A DNA stretch of 64,000 nt from Minisyncoccota bacterium (lineage in GTDB: Bacteria > Verrucomicrobiota > Verrucomicrobiia > Limisphaerales > UBA8199): positions 33,818-97,817 of the forward strand of contig DAOTCE010000015.1 of assembly GCA_035452965.1 (NCBI GenBank), read 5' to 3'. Each line of letters starts with the position of its first letter. Within the stretch, counting starts at the first letter, position 1. Both the position numbers and the translations under genes were made by a program. The notes below the pieces were generated by a model. That model was not told where the DNA came from. It saw only the letters and a list, made by a program, of their open reading frames with translations, and searched no databases. This document shows, piece after piece, positions 53,901 to 63,015 of the stretch.

Positions 53901-53958
53901 TGGACAGGAAATAGCTCAGCCAATACAGAGCTGGCAAGCAAGGGCTTGTTTGGCTAGT

Positions 53959-55620
53959 ATGCGAACAAGTAATGCCATGCGGACGGCTGACCAATCCACC
54001 GTGGATAGCGCCAATCAAGAGCGCCAGCTCCCAAGTGTTGTTGCGCCAAGGCTGGCGGGCGGTTACAGCCTCTGGTTCGCACTGGGCTATGCTCCGCTGC
54101 TGGCGCTGTTCTTTATCAACTTGTGGGGCAGACCGCATTATCGGTTCTTCCCGCTAGCATTGATGGCAGCGGCTTTTTTGGCTTGGGATAGGCTGAAAGA
54201 GGTGCCCCGTCCACTCGTTGCAGGAACTCGCCGGGTAACCGGGTTGCTGCTGGGGGCGTCGTTCATCCTCCTGGTGGTTGCCTCGGGGTATTGGTCGCCG
54301 TGGCTGGTTACCTCGGCGGCCTGGACGGGTCTCGTCGGGGTAATCTGGTGGCAGGGCGGGAGGCGGCTTCTGACGGCGATGCTGCCGGCGCTGGTGCTGC
54401 TGTTGACCATCGTCCCTCTGCCCCTCTCCGGAGATGCCCGCTTGATCCAGCAGATTCGCGTGCTGGCGGTCAAATGGAGCAGCACCATGCTGGACATGCT
54501 GGGGGTCACGCATGCTCTGAGCGGCAACGTGATCGAGTTGCCTCGGCAGCAGTTGCTGGTGGACGAGGCCTGCAGCGGCATTAACTCTGTGCTGATAACC
54601 TTGGCCTGTGCGCTGTTCTACGGTATGTGGCGGCGGCGGCCCTGGATCCATATTCTCGTTGGCCTGGCCAATGCGCTTGCGTTCGTGTTGCTGGGGAACC
54701 TGGCCCGCATCACGCTGGGAGCGTGGCTGAAATATCGTTACGGCATCAACATCCTTACCGGGGCAGCCCACGAGGCGATCGGCTTGGTTCTGTTCGCAAG
54801 CTACCTTGTGATGATCCTCAGCATGGACCAGTTGCTGTGGTACTTGTTCAGCCCAGCCAGGCCGCGATCGAAACAGCCCACCACTGGGGTGGCAGTGGGA
54901 GGCCCTCCGCCACAAGCGTTCGTGGCGGGACTTGCTCCCGCCTGGGCGCGCGTGGCGGGGTGCGCGTTTGCATTGGTGGGCGTGGTGGACCTGGCATTGA
55001 TCTGGGTGCATCACCAGCACCCGGGTGCACAACTGGCCCGGTCCAAGCCGGCCCTGATGGCCGGCGCAAGGTTCGCGATGCCCGACCAGATTGGCGCCTG
55101 GAGGCGGCTGACCACGGAAGTGCCGCCACTCCAGAAGGTCGAGACGCTGGGGGTGTATTCGCAGGTCTGGCATTACCGCAAGGGGGATACGCTGGCATCG
55201 CTGGCACTCGACTATCCGTTCCAAGGGTACCACGACGTGACGCTGTGCTACACTCTTCGCGGCTGGGACTTGCTGGAGCGGCGTGCCCTTGACAGGCGGG
55301 GGACGAACGCTTGCCCCGCGCTGGCGGAGGTCCGGATGCGGAACAACGTAGGTCTGCACGCCGCCCTCTGGTACAGTGTCGTGGATGAGCGTGGCCGGTG
55401 GCTGCCCGGGCCGGGGTTCAAGCCGAGTTTCAAGGATAGTCTCCTGCGACGGATAAGACTGGGAGAGCTTAACAGCACGGTCACCTACCAAGTACAGGTG
55501 CTGTCCACGGGCTTCAATCCACTGCTCCCGCCCGAGCGGGAACAAGTGCGGCAGCTTTTTGAGGAGGCGCGTGTCCTGCTCTGGCAGCAGCTGAGTCGGC
55601 AAATGCGGCGCGACACATGA
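53959..55620 (+). CDS. Exosortase (EpsH/Xrt family) fused to a C-terminal EpsI-like domain
   Basis: The ORF opens at 53788 inside repeat D; ATG at 53959 is preferred. It is polytopic, with the catalytic-triad context VDEACSGINSV (Cys), LGNLARITLG (Arg) and AAHEAIGLVLF (His). The C-terminal ~190 aa (MPDQIGAWRRL..YHDVTLCYTLRGWDLL) are EpsI-like. Confidence 0.83.
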   Translation: MRTSNAMRTADQSTVDSANQERQLPSVVAPRLAGGYSLWFALGYAPLLALFFINLWGRPHYRFFPLALMAAAFLAWDRLKEVPRPLVAGTRRVTGLLLGASFILLVVASGYWSPWLVTSAAWTGLVGVIWWQGGRRLLTAMLPALVLLLTIVPLPLSGDARLIQQIRVLAVKWSSTMLDMLGVTHALSGNVIELPRQQLLVDEACSGINSVLITLACALFYGMWRRRPWIHILVGLANALAFVLLGNLARITLGAWLKYRYGINILTGAAHEAIGLVLFASYLVMILSMDQLLWYLFSPARPRSKQPTTGVAVGGPPPQAFVAGLAPAWARVAGCAFALVGVVDLALIWVHHQHPGAQLARSKPALMAGARFAMPDQIGAWRRLTTEVPPLQKVETLGVYSQVWHYRKGDTLASLALDYPFQGYHDVTLCYTLRGWDLLERRALDRRGTNACPALAEVRMRNNVGLHAALWYSVVDERGRWLPGPGFKPSFKDSLLRRIRLGELNSTVTYQVQVLSTGFNPLLPPEREQVRQLFEEARVLLWQQLSRQMRRDT

Positions 55621-57044
55621 CATTTGCTCGTTCTTTTGCACGCTGGCGCCGGACCCGGGATTCCAGACTGCTGGGCTGGGGCATGCCAGCCTTGCTTGGT
55701 TGCGTAACCTGGCTGGTCGTCGGGATCTGCCTGCTCGCCTGGAAACCTTGGGAGACACGAACGCGTTACGCCAACATCGCTGCCGCGGCGCTGGCTCACA
55801 AGGACTTCGAGACCGCCCGAGTCGCTACCCAGAGGCTCCTGGCGCTGGGCGTTGAGCCCCGGCAAAAGCACCTCTTTGACCTGGCTTTGGCCCTGGGCGG
55901 CCTGGGCAAGGATAAAGACGCCGTGTCGCTGCTGAGCAACATCGCCCCCATAGATAAACCAGGCTACCTGCCGGCGCACCTCTTCGTGGCGCAGACGTTG
56001 TTGGCAAAGACCAATGTGACGATGCAGGAAATTGGCGCGGCCGAGCGCCACCTCAAGCACGTCGTGCAGCTCGATCCTCAGTCAATCGCCGCGAACGATC
56101 TATTGGGGCGGGTGTATGTCCGGCGCGGACGGTGGGAACTGGCGGAGAAACACTTGAGCGAGGTTGTGTCCACAAAGCCGGATACGGCATTACTGCTGGC
56201 CGCGGTGTTCAAGGCCCAGGGGGACAACCTGGCCGCGCGCAGTTGGGCCGAACGGGCGGCGAGGTACCACCGGGAGAAGGTTGAGGCGTCGAAACTAGAC
56301 TTGCCGGCAAGCCGCCTTGCGTGGGCGGATGCCTTGGCGATGGCCGAAGACTATTCGGCGGCTCTCTTGGTGCTGGAGGAGGGCTGGCGGCAGTTTCAGA
56401 ACAAGGCGTATCTGTCACCGATGGGAGAAGTGTGTGCCATTTGGGTGGATGTCATGGCCAGGCGCAACCCGCAGGATTTGACCTCGCGCATAACCCTCAT
56501 CCAGCGCGGTCTGGAGTGCGCCCCGCAGAACGAAACCCTGCTCCGCCATCTCATTAGCCTCACGCATTTGCAGGGACCGGAGGCCGCGACCGCACGGGAC
56601 ATGCTCACGAGCATGTTGGCGCAGGGCAAGGCCACGGCAATTCTCCATTTTGCTTTGGGGGTTGATGCATGGCAGCACGGCCGGCTGGCGGAAGCCCGGC
56701 AGCAGCTTGCGCTTGCGTACGATGCCGCTCCGCATCTTCCTTACGTGGCCAACAACCTGGCGATGATTCTCCTGGTCGGAGATAAACCAGACCTGCCGCA
56801 AGCGTTGGCAATTATCGAATCTGTCCTGGAAAAGTATCCTGATAATCCCAGCTTTCGCGACACACGCGGACAGATTCTTGCGCGGTCGGGACGGCCCCAG
56901 GAGGCCATCGCCGACCTGGAGTATGCCCTGCCTTCACTGTCGTCAAAGCGCGCCACGCATGCGGCCCTGGCCCAGGCTTACCGGGCTTTGGGTTTAAGAG
57001 AGATGGCGTCTAACCACGAAGTGTTGGCGAAAGGCTCACCTTGA
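55617..57044 (+). CDS. Membrane-anchored TPR-repeat protein translationally coupled to the exosortase
   Basis: 475 aa. The ATG overlaps the exosortase stop (ATGA at 55617-55620). It has the N-terminal TM segment LLGCVTWLVVGICLLAW, and repeated A/L/Y-rich 34-aa TPR-like units run to the C-terminus (..AIADLEYALPSLSSKRATHAALAQAYRALG). Confidence 0.82.
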   Translation: MTFARSFARWRRTRDSRLLGWGMPALLGCVTWLVVGICLLAWKPWETRTRYANIAAAALAHKDFETARVATQRLLALGVEPRQKHLFDLALALGGLGKDKDAVSLLSNIAPIDKPGYLPAHLFVAQTLLAKTNVTMQEIGAAERHLKHVVQLDPQSIAANDLLGRVYVRRGRWELAEKHLSEVVSTKPDTALLLAAVFKAQGDNLAARSWAERAARYHREKVEASKLDLPASRLAWADALAMAEDYSAALLVLEEGWRQFQNKAYLSPMGEVCAIWVDVMARRNPQDLTSRITLIQRGLECAPQNETLLRHLISLTHLQGPEAATARDMLTSMLAQGKATAILHFALGVDAWQHGRLAEARQQLALAYDAAPHLPYVANNLAMILLVGDKPDLPQALAIIESVLEKYPDNPSFRDTRGQILARSGRPQEAIADLEYALPSLSSKRATHAALAQAYRALGLREMASNHEVLAKGSP

Positions 57045-57085
57045 GTGGGCAATGATTGGGGGGGGGGCTACTGGATGCAAGTTTG

Positions 57086-58696
57086 TCAGATTGTCTCCCG
57101 GTGAGAGGGTGGGTGCTTGCGGGCAATCCCGGGCAGGGTAACGGGAGCCGAAAGACTTGAAGCCTCACTTTGCGTGCGGTTGATTGGTGCGGCCAATTTG
57201 GTGTCGAATCTGAGGGGAGCGTGATCCGCTTCCTTGGGGTGGCCGATTCCTCTGACCCACCCTTCCGCCAACAAGTCGGTGACTATTTCAAACACTTTCC
57301 TGTCAGCAACACAGGGGCAGCATGCTCTTCCGCACTCTTGCTGCCGCTTGCTGGGGTCTGGTCTGACATCGCAATAAGGGGCTTTGAGTTCAAGAATTCC
57401 GAGGCGTCCGCCTTGCAGTTTGTGAACAACTGCAAGGGTGGAGGGGCAGTCATCCGCCTGCTGCCAGACACGCTGTCCATCGGCCAAGGTCAGCCTGACC
57501 GAGCTATAGCCAAGCCTTTGGACAGCAAAGACCAGGTCCGCCCAGAGATCTTCCACGGAGTTGCGCCGGCTTCCTTCCATGGCCAGCCAGCGCATCAAGG
57601 TCAGGGCGTATTGAATCTCCTGCCGCATCTCCAGCGAAGTGCCCACCACATGACCTACGGCAAACCAGTTGCGGCTAAAACGCAGTTTGCCAGCGAGCAG
57701 GAGCAGGATCAGGACTCCCGCACCCAGCAGCACGGGGACCAGGTTTCCGCGAGACCAGTAGGCGGTAAAACCCATCACCAGGAAAATCAGGCTGATCCCG
57801 TACAATGACAGCACCACTCTCCGCCGCGACATTCCCATGCCGAGCAGATGATGGTGCAGATGCTTGCGGTCAGGACGGAAGATCGGCAGCCCGCGCAACC
57901 CGCGCCGCATAATGGCCAGGGCGGTGTCCACAATGGGCAGGGCCAGGACGAACAATGGCGCCGCCAGCGCGGCGAAAACCGTTCCTTTATGCGAACTGAG
58001 GATGGCGAACAAACCGATCTGGAAGCCCAGAAGGTAAGCGCCGCCATCACCCAGGTAAATCCGCGCGGGGGGGAAGTTGAAGTAGAGGAAACCGACCAAA
58101 GCCCCGGCCATGCCCGCCGCCATAAGATCAAAACCTCCGCTCGCGTGAGCGACGTACGCCAGCAAGCCCATCAACATCAGGCATATTCCTCCCGCCAGGC
58201 CGTCCACACCATCAATCAGGTTGATCAGGTTGGTCATTCCCACCAGCCATGCCACCGTGATGAACACCCCCCACCCGCCCAACGGGATGACCCTCTCCGT
58301 AAACGGGATCTTCAGGTGAGTTATCCCGATCCCCAGGGCACAAACGCTCAAGGCGATCAAGATCTGGCCCGCCAGTTTTCGTCGGGCCCCTAAGGGCTTG
58401 AGATCATCCCAGAATCCAATTCCAAACATGGCCAGGGAAGTCGCCAGCACTGTTAGCCAGTCAGCGTGCCCCTTGTGTTCCGGCCAAAACACAACGACGA
58501 CCGTTGTGACGCCGATTAACGCCGCCGCCAACGCCAGACCACCCACACGCGGGATGGGCTTCTGATGGGTATGATGCAGGTCATACCGCCGGCGGAACAG
58601 GTTTCTGGTGTGCGCCGCGCGCAGGATCAACGGGATTACCACGAGCACGATCGCCAATCCGAGCAAACCGCAGGTGGCTATGCCCCAATAGTTCAT
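57086..58696 (-). CDS. Polyprenyl-phosphate HexNAc-1-phosphate transferase (MraY/WecA GT4 family) with ~200-aa C-terminal soluble extension
   Basis: 536 aa with blocks FWDDLKPLGARRKL, NLINLIDGVDGLAGG and FNFPPARIYLGDGGAYLLGF, and about 10-11 TM helices. The extra C-terminal region is RNSVEDLWADLVFAVQRLGYSSVRLTL..LGILELKAP. Confidence 0.88.
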   Translation of the reverse strand: MNYWGIATCGLLGLAIVLVVIPLILRAAHTRNLFRRRYDLHHTHQKPIPRVGGLALAAALIGVTTVVVVFWPEHKGHADWLTVLATSLAMFGIGFWDDLKPLGARRKLAGQILIALSVCALGIGITHLKIPFTERVIPLGGWGVFITVAWLVGMTNLINLIDGVDGLAGGICLMLMGLLAYVAHASGGFDLMAAGMAGALVGFLYFNFPPARIYLGDGGAYLLGFQIGLFAILSSHKGTVFAALAAPLFVLALPIVDTALAIMRRGLRGLPIFRPDRKHLHHHLLGMGMSRRRVVLSLYGISLIFLVMGFTAYWSRGNLVPVLLGAGVLILLLLAGKLRFSRNWFAVGHVVGTSLEMRQEIQYALTLMRWLAMEGSRRNSVEDLWADLVFAVQRLGYSSVRLTLADGQRVWQQADDCPSTLAVVHKLQGGRLGILELKAPYCDVRPDPSKRQQECGRACCPCVADRKVFEIVTDLLAEGWVRGIGHPKEADHAPLRFDTKLAAPINRTQSEASSLSAPVTLPGIARKHPPSHRETI

Positions 58697-58957
58697 AGCG
58701 GTTCGGACTGGGTGGGAGCCTGGCGGCTGAGGTCAACGCCCATGCAACTGCGTTGAAGGCGTGCTGCCGGCCGCAGCTTCATGACCAACCGACACGAAGT
58801 GCTGCCCGGCATTTCCTCAAGCGCTACAGATGTAGTTTGCGGGACCGTAGAGCATAATCTTAGAGATGATCGGCGCAACGGGCAAGCCAAAGTTGGTTTT
58901 CTCATCGCCAAGCGGCGGCCCTGCATGTATGCTTGCGCATAAATTTCAGCGAAGCAT

Positions 58958-60445
58958 ATGGATCGAGCGCGCAACCAAGATCAGAATAGCGACAGGACCA
59001 AGGGGCGCTGCCCTTGGAGTGGTAGTGGTCTTCGGCTGAGTTACTGGCTGCTGGGCGGGCTGCTGCTTATCGCGGGACTGGCCCCCATCTGCCTTGCAGC
59101 CCAAACCAACACCGCCAAAGGCGCAGCCCCCAACCGATGCTTGTTGATTGTGGACACCTCCAACCCCATGCAACGGCGCAGCAAGGCTATGGTTAAGGTC
59201 GTAGAGGAACTGGTGACTTCCGGTCTCAACGGGCAACTCCGGCATGGCGATTCGCTGGGGCTTTGGACGTTCAATGAGGCTCTCCATGCTGGGAGATTCC
59301 CGCTGCAAACGTGGTCACCGGACGACCGCCGGGCCATCGCGGAGCGGATCGTAGCGTTCCTGAAGGCACAGAAATATGAGAAACAACCGAGCTTCGACAA
59401 AGTCCGCACCGCCCTGACTCACGTCGTGGAGAACTCTCCACGCCTGACAGTAATTCTGATCTCGAGCGGCGATGAGACGGTTCGCGGGACGCCGTACGAC
59501 CAGCAAATCGCTCAGCGTTACCGCGAGTGGTATGATCAGCAGCGGAAGGCGCGGATGCCATTTGTCACCGTACTGCGAGCGCAGGACGGCCGGTTTGTGG
59601 ACTGCGTCGTCAACACGCCGCCCTGGCCGCTCCAGATCCCCGCCGCACCGCCGGAGATGCAGACGGCCCAAGTCACTCAGGGCCAACTTCAAGAAGCGCT
59701 GCAGCGGACGGCTCGCGACAGCAACGTTCCACCGCCGCTCGTCATTAAGAAAGAGTCTCCACCCGTAAGCCCTCCGGCGAGCAGGCAAGACCCGCCAAGC
59801 ATCAAGACCAACACACCTGCGGCCGCCACAGCCGCGGGCCCAACCAATCAGCTCCCGACGATTGAGCCGCCTACGCAATCAGCGCCGGCGACCCAAGCGG
59901 TAGGACAAGCCACGGCGCAGGCTGTGCCAAGCCTGGTTTCGACACAGTCGTCGTCAAAGCCCGCGCCGATTCCCGCGCCGCTCGTTGATCCCAACGTGGA
60001 GATCGTAAAGGCCCCCACGCAGAATCAAGCCAAGCCGATGCCGCCAGAGGTGGCTCCTGCGACCACATCTCCCGCTGCGGAAACAAAGCCTGCAGGGGCT
60101 GACGCGCCCCAACCCTCTGCTGTTGCCAAGACCACACCGGCTTTACCTCCTTCCGTGGCTTTGACAGAGCGGTCTGCGACCGGCGCCTCCGCCACCGTAG
60201 CCACCTCAATGCCAGCGCGGTCCGCGTCCGTCGTGGCTCCCACCGTGCGGCATTCGACTTCTCCGGCCCAAACTGCGACCGCCACGCCAGTAATAGGCTT
60301 CATCTCCCGCAACTTGCTTTGGTTCGCAACGCTGGCTGTCGTCATTGCAGTCGGAGGATTCGCGCTGCTGCGGCTGCGCAGATCGAGGGTGGCACCTCAG
60401 GGCAGTCTGATCACTCGCTCTTACGAGCGTGCCAGGAAGCCATGA
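58958..60445 (+). CDS. Hypothetical secreted/anchored protein: VWA-like domain, long Pro/Ala/Thr/Ser-rich linker, C-terminal TM helix plus basic cluster
   Basis: 495 aa with the N-terminal hydrophobic segment YWLLGGLLLIAGLAPICLAA. The VWA-like start is CLLIVDTSNPM ... LTVILISSGDE. Residues ~230-440 are low-complexity P/A/T/S-rich. The C-terminus is LLWFATLAVVIAVGGFALLRLRRSR. The VWA call is tentative. Confidence 0.6.
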   Translation: MDRARNQDQNSDRTKGRCPWSGSGLRLSYWLLGGLLLIAGLAPICLAAQTNTAKGAAPNRCLLIVDTSNPMQRRSKAMVKVVEELVTSGLNGQLRHGDSLGLWTFNEALHAGRFPLQTWSPDDRRAIAERIVAFLKAQKYEKQPSFDKVRTALTHVVENSPRLTVILISSGDETVRGTPYDQQIAQRYREWYDQQRKARMPFVTVLRAQDGRFVDCVVNTPPWPLQIPAAPPEMQTAQVTQGQLQEALQRTARDSNVPPPLVIKKESPPVSPPASRQDPPSIKTNTPAAATAAGPTNQLPTIEPPTQSAPATQAVGQATAQAVPSLVSTQSSSKPAPIPAPLVDPNVEIVKAPTQNQAKPMPPEVAPATTSPAAETKPAGADAPQPSAVAKTTPALPPSVALTERSATGASATVATSMPARSASVVAPTVRHSTSPAQTATATPVIGFISRNLLWFATLAVVIAVGGFALLRLRRSRVAPQGSLITRSYERARKP

Positions 60446-60554
60446 CCCGTCGGCAATTCTGGCACATAGTTCACAGGCGCCAACTCGCCCCCTGGACGCT
60501 GGAGTTGCTGCGAAGCGAGTAGGGTTCCGTTTGGAACCGGCGTTCGGCCTTGCA

Positions 60555-62222
60555 CTACTCCAACCGCAGCCAGACCGTCTTAAGGTAAGCCGGTTCGGCT
60601 TTCGAGATGGGGAAGTCCGGCGGCTGCGGAAAGAAGTGGCGCTGTAGGATTGTCCGGCCTGCGGCGCCGATGGCGTGCTCCACAGTCGCCAGGAACTCTT
60701 CGGGCGGCCAATTCGCGGCGTTCGTGGAGGCAAACAGAATCCCTCCGGCTCTGACCAGTGGCAGCGCCGCTGATAGCAGTCGCCCATAATCTTTCTCTGC
60801 TCGGAAGACCCCGGACGCCTTGGACTGCGAAAACGTGGGCGGATCAAGCAGGACCAGGTCGAAGCGCCGGTTCTTCTTTGCCAGCCGCCGCAGCCAATCC
60901 AGGACATCGCCATGCAAAAACTCGTGCTGTCCGGGAACGAGCTGGTTTAGTTCAAAGTTGCGCTTGCCCCACTCCAGGTAATGATTGGAGAGGTCAATGC
61001 TGGTGGTCCGTGCCCCAGCCTTCGCTGCGCACACAGAAAAGCCGCAAGTGTAGGCGAAGGTGTTGAGGACTTCCCGCTGCCCGTCGCCGAGTGACAAGGG
61101 AGGCATAGCGAAGCCCGGAGTGATAAGGCGCGTGAGGATGCGCCGACGGTTGTCGCGTTGGTCGAGGAACAGGCCCGCGGAATAGCCTTCGTCAAAGCTA
61201 ACCTCGAATTGCAGGCCGTTCTCGCGAATTGTGAATAGTGCTGGAGCCACGTCTCCCAGCACGTGTTGAGGAGAAACTTTGCCGCGAATTGCGCGGCCCA
61301 CCTGGCGCGTAAGAAGTTTGTGGTAAGCACCGCGCGCCGGGAATGCCTTTGCCAGCAGCTGCAGTTGCTCACTCTGTTTCTCGGTTAGTGGCTGCTCACT
61401 TTGAGATAACAGGAAATCCCCCAGCCGCTCCACGTAAAAGCCCGGCTGACCGTCGCTTGCGCCATGAATGACGCGATACGCATTAGTCTCCCCTGGATCA
61501 ATGAGCGCGTGGCGCAGCGCCAGACAGGGCAGGGGATCCGTTCTCCACAACCCGCTCCCGGCAACTACTTGCGGATGATATTGACCAGCAAGCGCAATCT
61601 GCGCGCGAAAAGTCATCTCCTCCCCAGTGGAAGAATGCCGCAGCCTCAATTCTACTGCATGCAGATAGACCCGGGGAGCCGCTGTGCCGTTGTACAAAGT
61701 ATCTCCCAGTACCGGGAACCCGTTTTCCGCTGCATGCACCCGGATCTGGTGTGTCCGGCCTGTCAACGGCACAGCCTCAATCATCTGGCAAGCAGGCGCA
61801 ATCGCGTCTTCGGCCTTCGGCGCGGTGGCTTTCCTAAATTGGGTTTCCGCCGGCGCGCCGGCTCCAGCCAAGGGCCGTCCTACATACCTTTCGCCAGAAC
61901 GAGCCAGGGCGCTCCGGACGACGAGCTCCTTCCAGCCAACCGGCCGATCCGTCAGCAACAGGTATCTCTTGCGCACCCTGCGCGTGCTGAACTGCGCAGT
62001 TAGCGATCGGTTGGCCAAGGGTGTTTTCGAAAAGACGATAACGCCGGAGGTTTCCTTGTCTAGCCGATGGATGATGGCCAGGGTCCCCCAGCGCACTTCT
62101 CGGTTTCGCAGCCAGTCGTAGAGACCTTCTCCCGCGTAGGGACTTGGCGCGTGGGTATTGAGGCCGGCGGGTTTGTTTACCACCAGCAAGTGCTCATCTT
62201 CGAAGATCAGGCACGGCAGCAC
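60555..62222 (-). CDS. Fusion protein: RluA-family pseudouridine synthase (N-terminal) + RlmI/PF10672-type SAM-dependent RNA methyltransferase (C-terminal)
   Basis: 555 aa. The N-terminal half has LLVVNKPAGLNTH, HRLDKETSGVIVFSK and PLTGRTHQIRVHAA. The C-terminal half has YRVIHGASDGQPGFYVERLGDFLL, GLFLDQRDNRR, VLNTFAYTCGFSVCAAKAGA..TSIDLS and DLVLLDPPTFSQSK. Confidence 0.85.
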   Translation of the reverse strand: MLPCLIFEDEHLLVVNKPAGLNTHAPSPYAGEGLYDWLRNREVRWGTLAIIHRLDKETSGVIVFSKTPLANRSLTAQFSTRRVRKRYLLLTDRPVGWKELVVRSALARSGERYVGRPLAGAGAPAETQFRKATAPKAEDAIAPACQMIEAVPLTGRTHQIRVHAAENGFPVLGDTLYNGTAAPRVYLHAVELRLRHSSTGEEMTFRAQIALAGQYHPQVVAGSGLWRTDPLPCLALRHALIDPGETNAYRVIHGASDGQPGFYVERLGDFLLSQSEQPLTEKQSEQLQLLAKAFPARGAYHKLLTRQVGRAIRGKVSPQHVLGDVAPALFTIRENGLQFEVSFDEGYSAGLFLDQRDNRRRILTRLITPGFAMPPLSLGDGQREVLNTFAYTCGFSVCAAKAGARTTSIDLSNHYLEWGKRNFELNQLVPGQHEFLHGDVLDWLRRLAKKNRRFDLVLLDPPTFSQSKASGVFRAEKDYGRLLSAALPLVRAGGILFASTNAANWPPEEFLATVEHAIGAAGRTILQRHFFPQPPDFPISKAEPAYLKTVWLRLE

Positions 62223-62244
62223 TGGCTGATTCGGGTGAATACAG

Positions 62245-62916
62245 TCACCAGAAGTTCCACGCCCCCTTCCAGACTACCCAAAGTCCGAGGAGGAAGTTTG
62301 TCAGCGCATGAGCGGTCATCGCATCGCCCAGCCGATTCTTGCGGATGACCAGCCACTGATACGCCAGGCCGCACAATACCCCTGCGAGCCAACGGTCCGG
62401 GTGCATCACCCCAAAGATGGCCGACGTTACCACGAACGACAGGCCGTGAAACCGGTTGAAGGGCATAGCCCGAAAATCCGTCTTCACCAACATCCGATAC
62501 AAGAAGGAGCGGTAGAAGACCTCCTCGAGCGGTGGCACGACGATGGAGGAGCCCACAATGCGTACCACCACGTAGAGCCATGCTGCGGCGGAGGCTTGTC
62601 CATACTGCTGATGCGGGTTCCAACCGTCCCCCAATTCGCTCATCCGCGGGTATAGACCATCCAGCCCCACCCACACGGCGAAAACCGCCACGCCTACCAC
62701 CACTGCCTCCCAACTGAACTTCCAGCGCATTTCCACCACAAAAGGCCGCATCTCCCAGATGAGCCAGACGCCGACCAGCGTCTTGACTAAGTAAAGCCAG
62801 TAGCGTGAACCCTCGCCGAACTGACCTTGCAAGGCTGTCAGCACTACGAAGATCACGAACGGAGCGACGCGCGCGTATTCCGGCGAGCCTTCGAATTTGC
62901 GGCGAAGGTAGTTCAT
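62245..62916 (-). CDS. CPBP-family (CAAX/Abi) intramembrane glutamic protease
   Basis: The ORF opens at 63441, but its first ~175 aa are Arg/Gly-rich and non-membrane. ATG at 62916 (MNYLRRKFEGSPEYARVAPFVIFVVL) is preferred. The motifs are EEVFYRSFLYR, FGVMH and HALTNF. Confidence 0.78.
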   Translation of the reverse strand: MNYLRRKFEGSPEYARVAPFVIFVVLTALQGQFGEGSRYWLYLVKTLVGVWLIWEMRPFVVEMRWKFSWEAVVVGVAVFAVWVGLDGLYPRMSELGDGWNPHQQYGQASAAAWLYVVVRIVGSSIVVPPLEEVFYRSFLYRMLVKTDFRAMPFNRFHGLSFVVTSAIFGVMHPDRWLAGVLCGLAYQWLVIRKNRLGDAMTAHALTNFLLGLWVVWKGAWNFW

Positions 62917-63015
62917 TGGCGGGCAATCATTCCGGTATTCCCGGCCTGCGCCAAGCGAAAAGTGATTGGGATGGCGTGACGTTAGCAGCGCGTTAAGGTA
63001 TTCTCGCGCAACACA

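Noticed and set aside
54154-55758. 534-aa minus-strand ORF opposite the exosortase gene
   Set aside because: It has an Arg/Pro/Gln-rich composition with no motifs. The plus-strand frame carries clear exosortase and EpsI signatures.
57058-57067. G10 homopolymer between the convergent TPR and WecA-like genes
   Set aside because: It lies in a 3'/3' intergenic spacer, so length variation would not switch any reading frame or an obvious promoter. I only note it.
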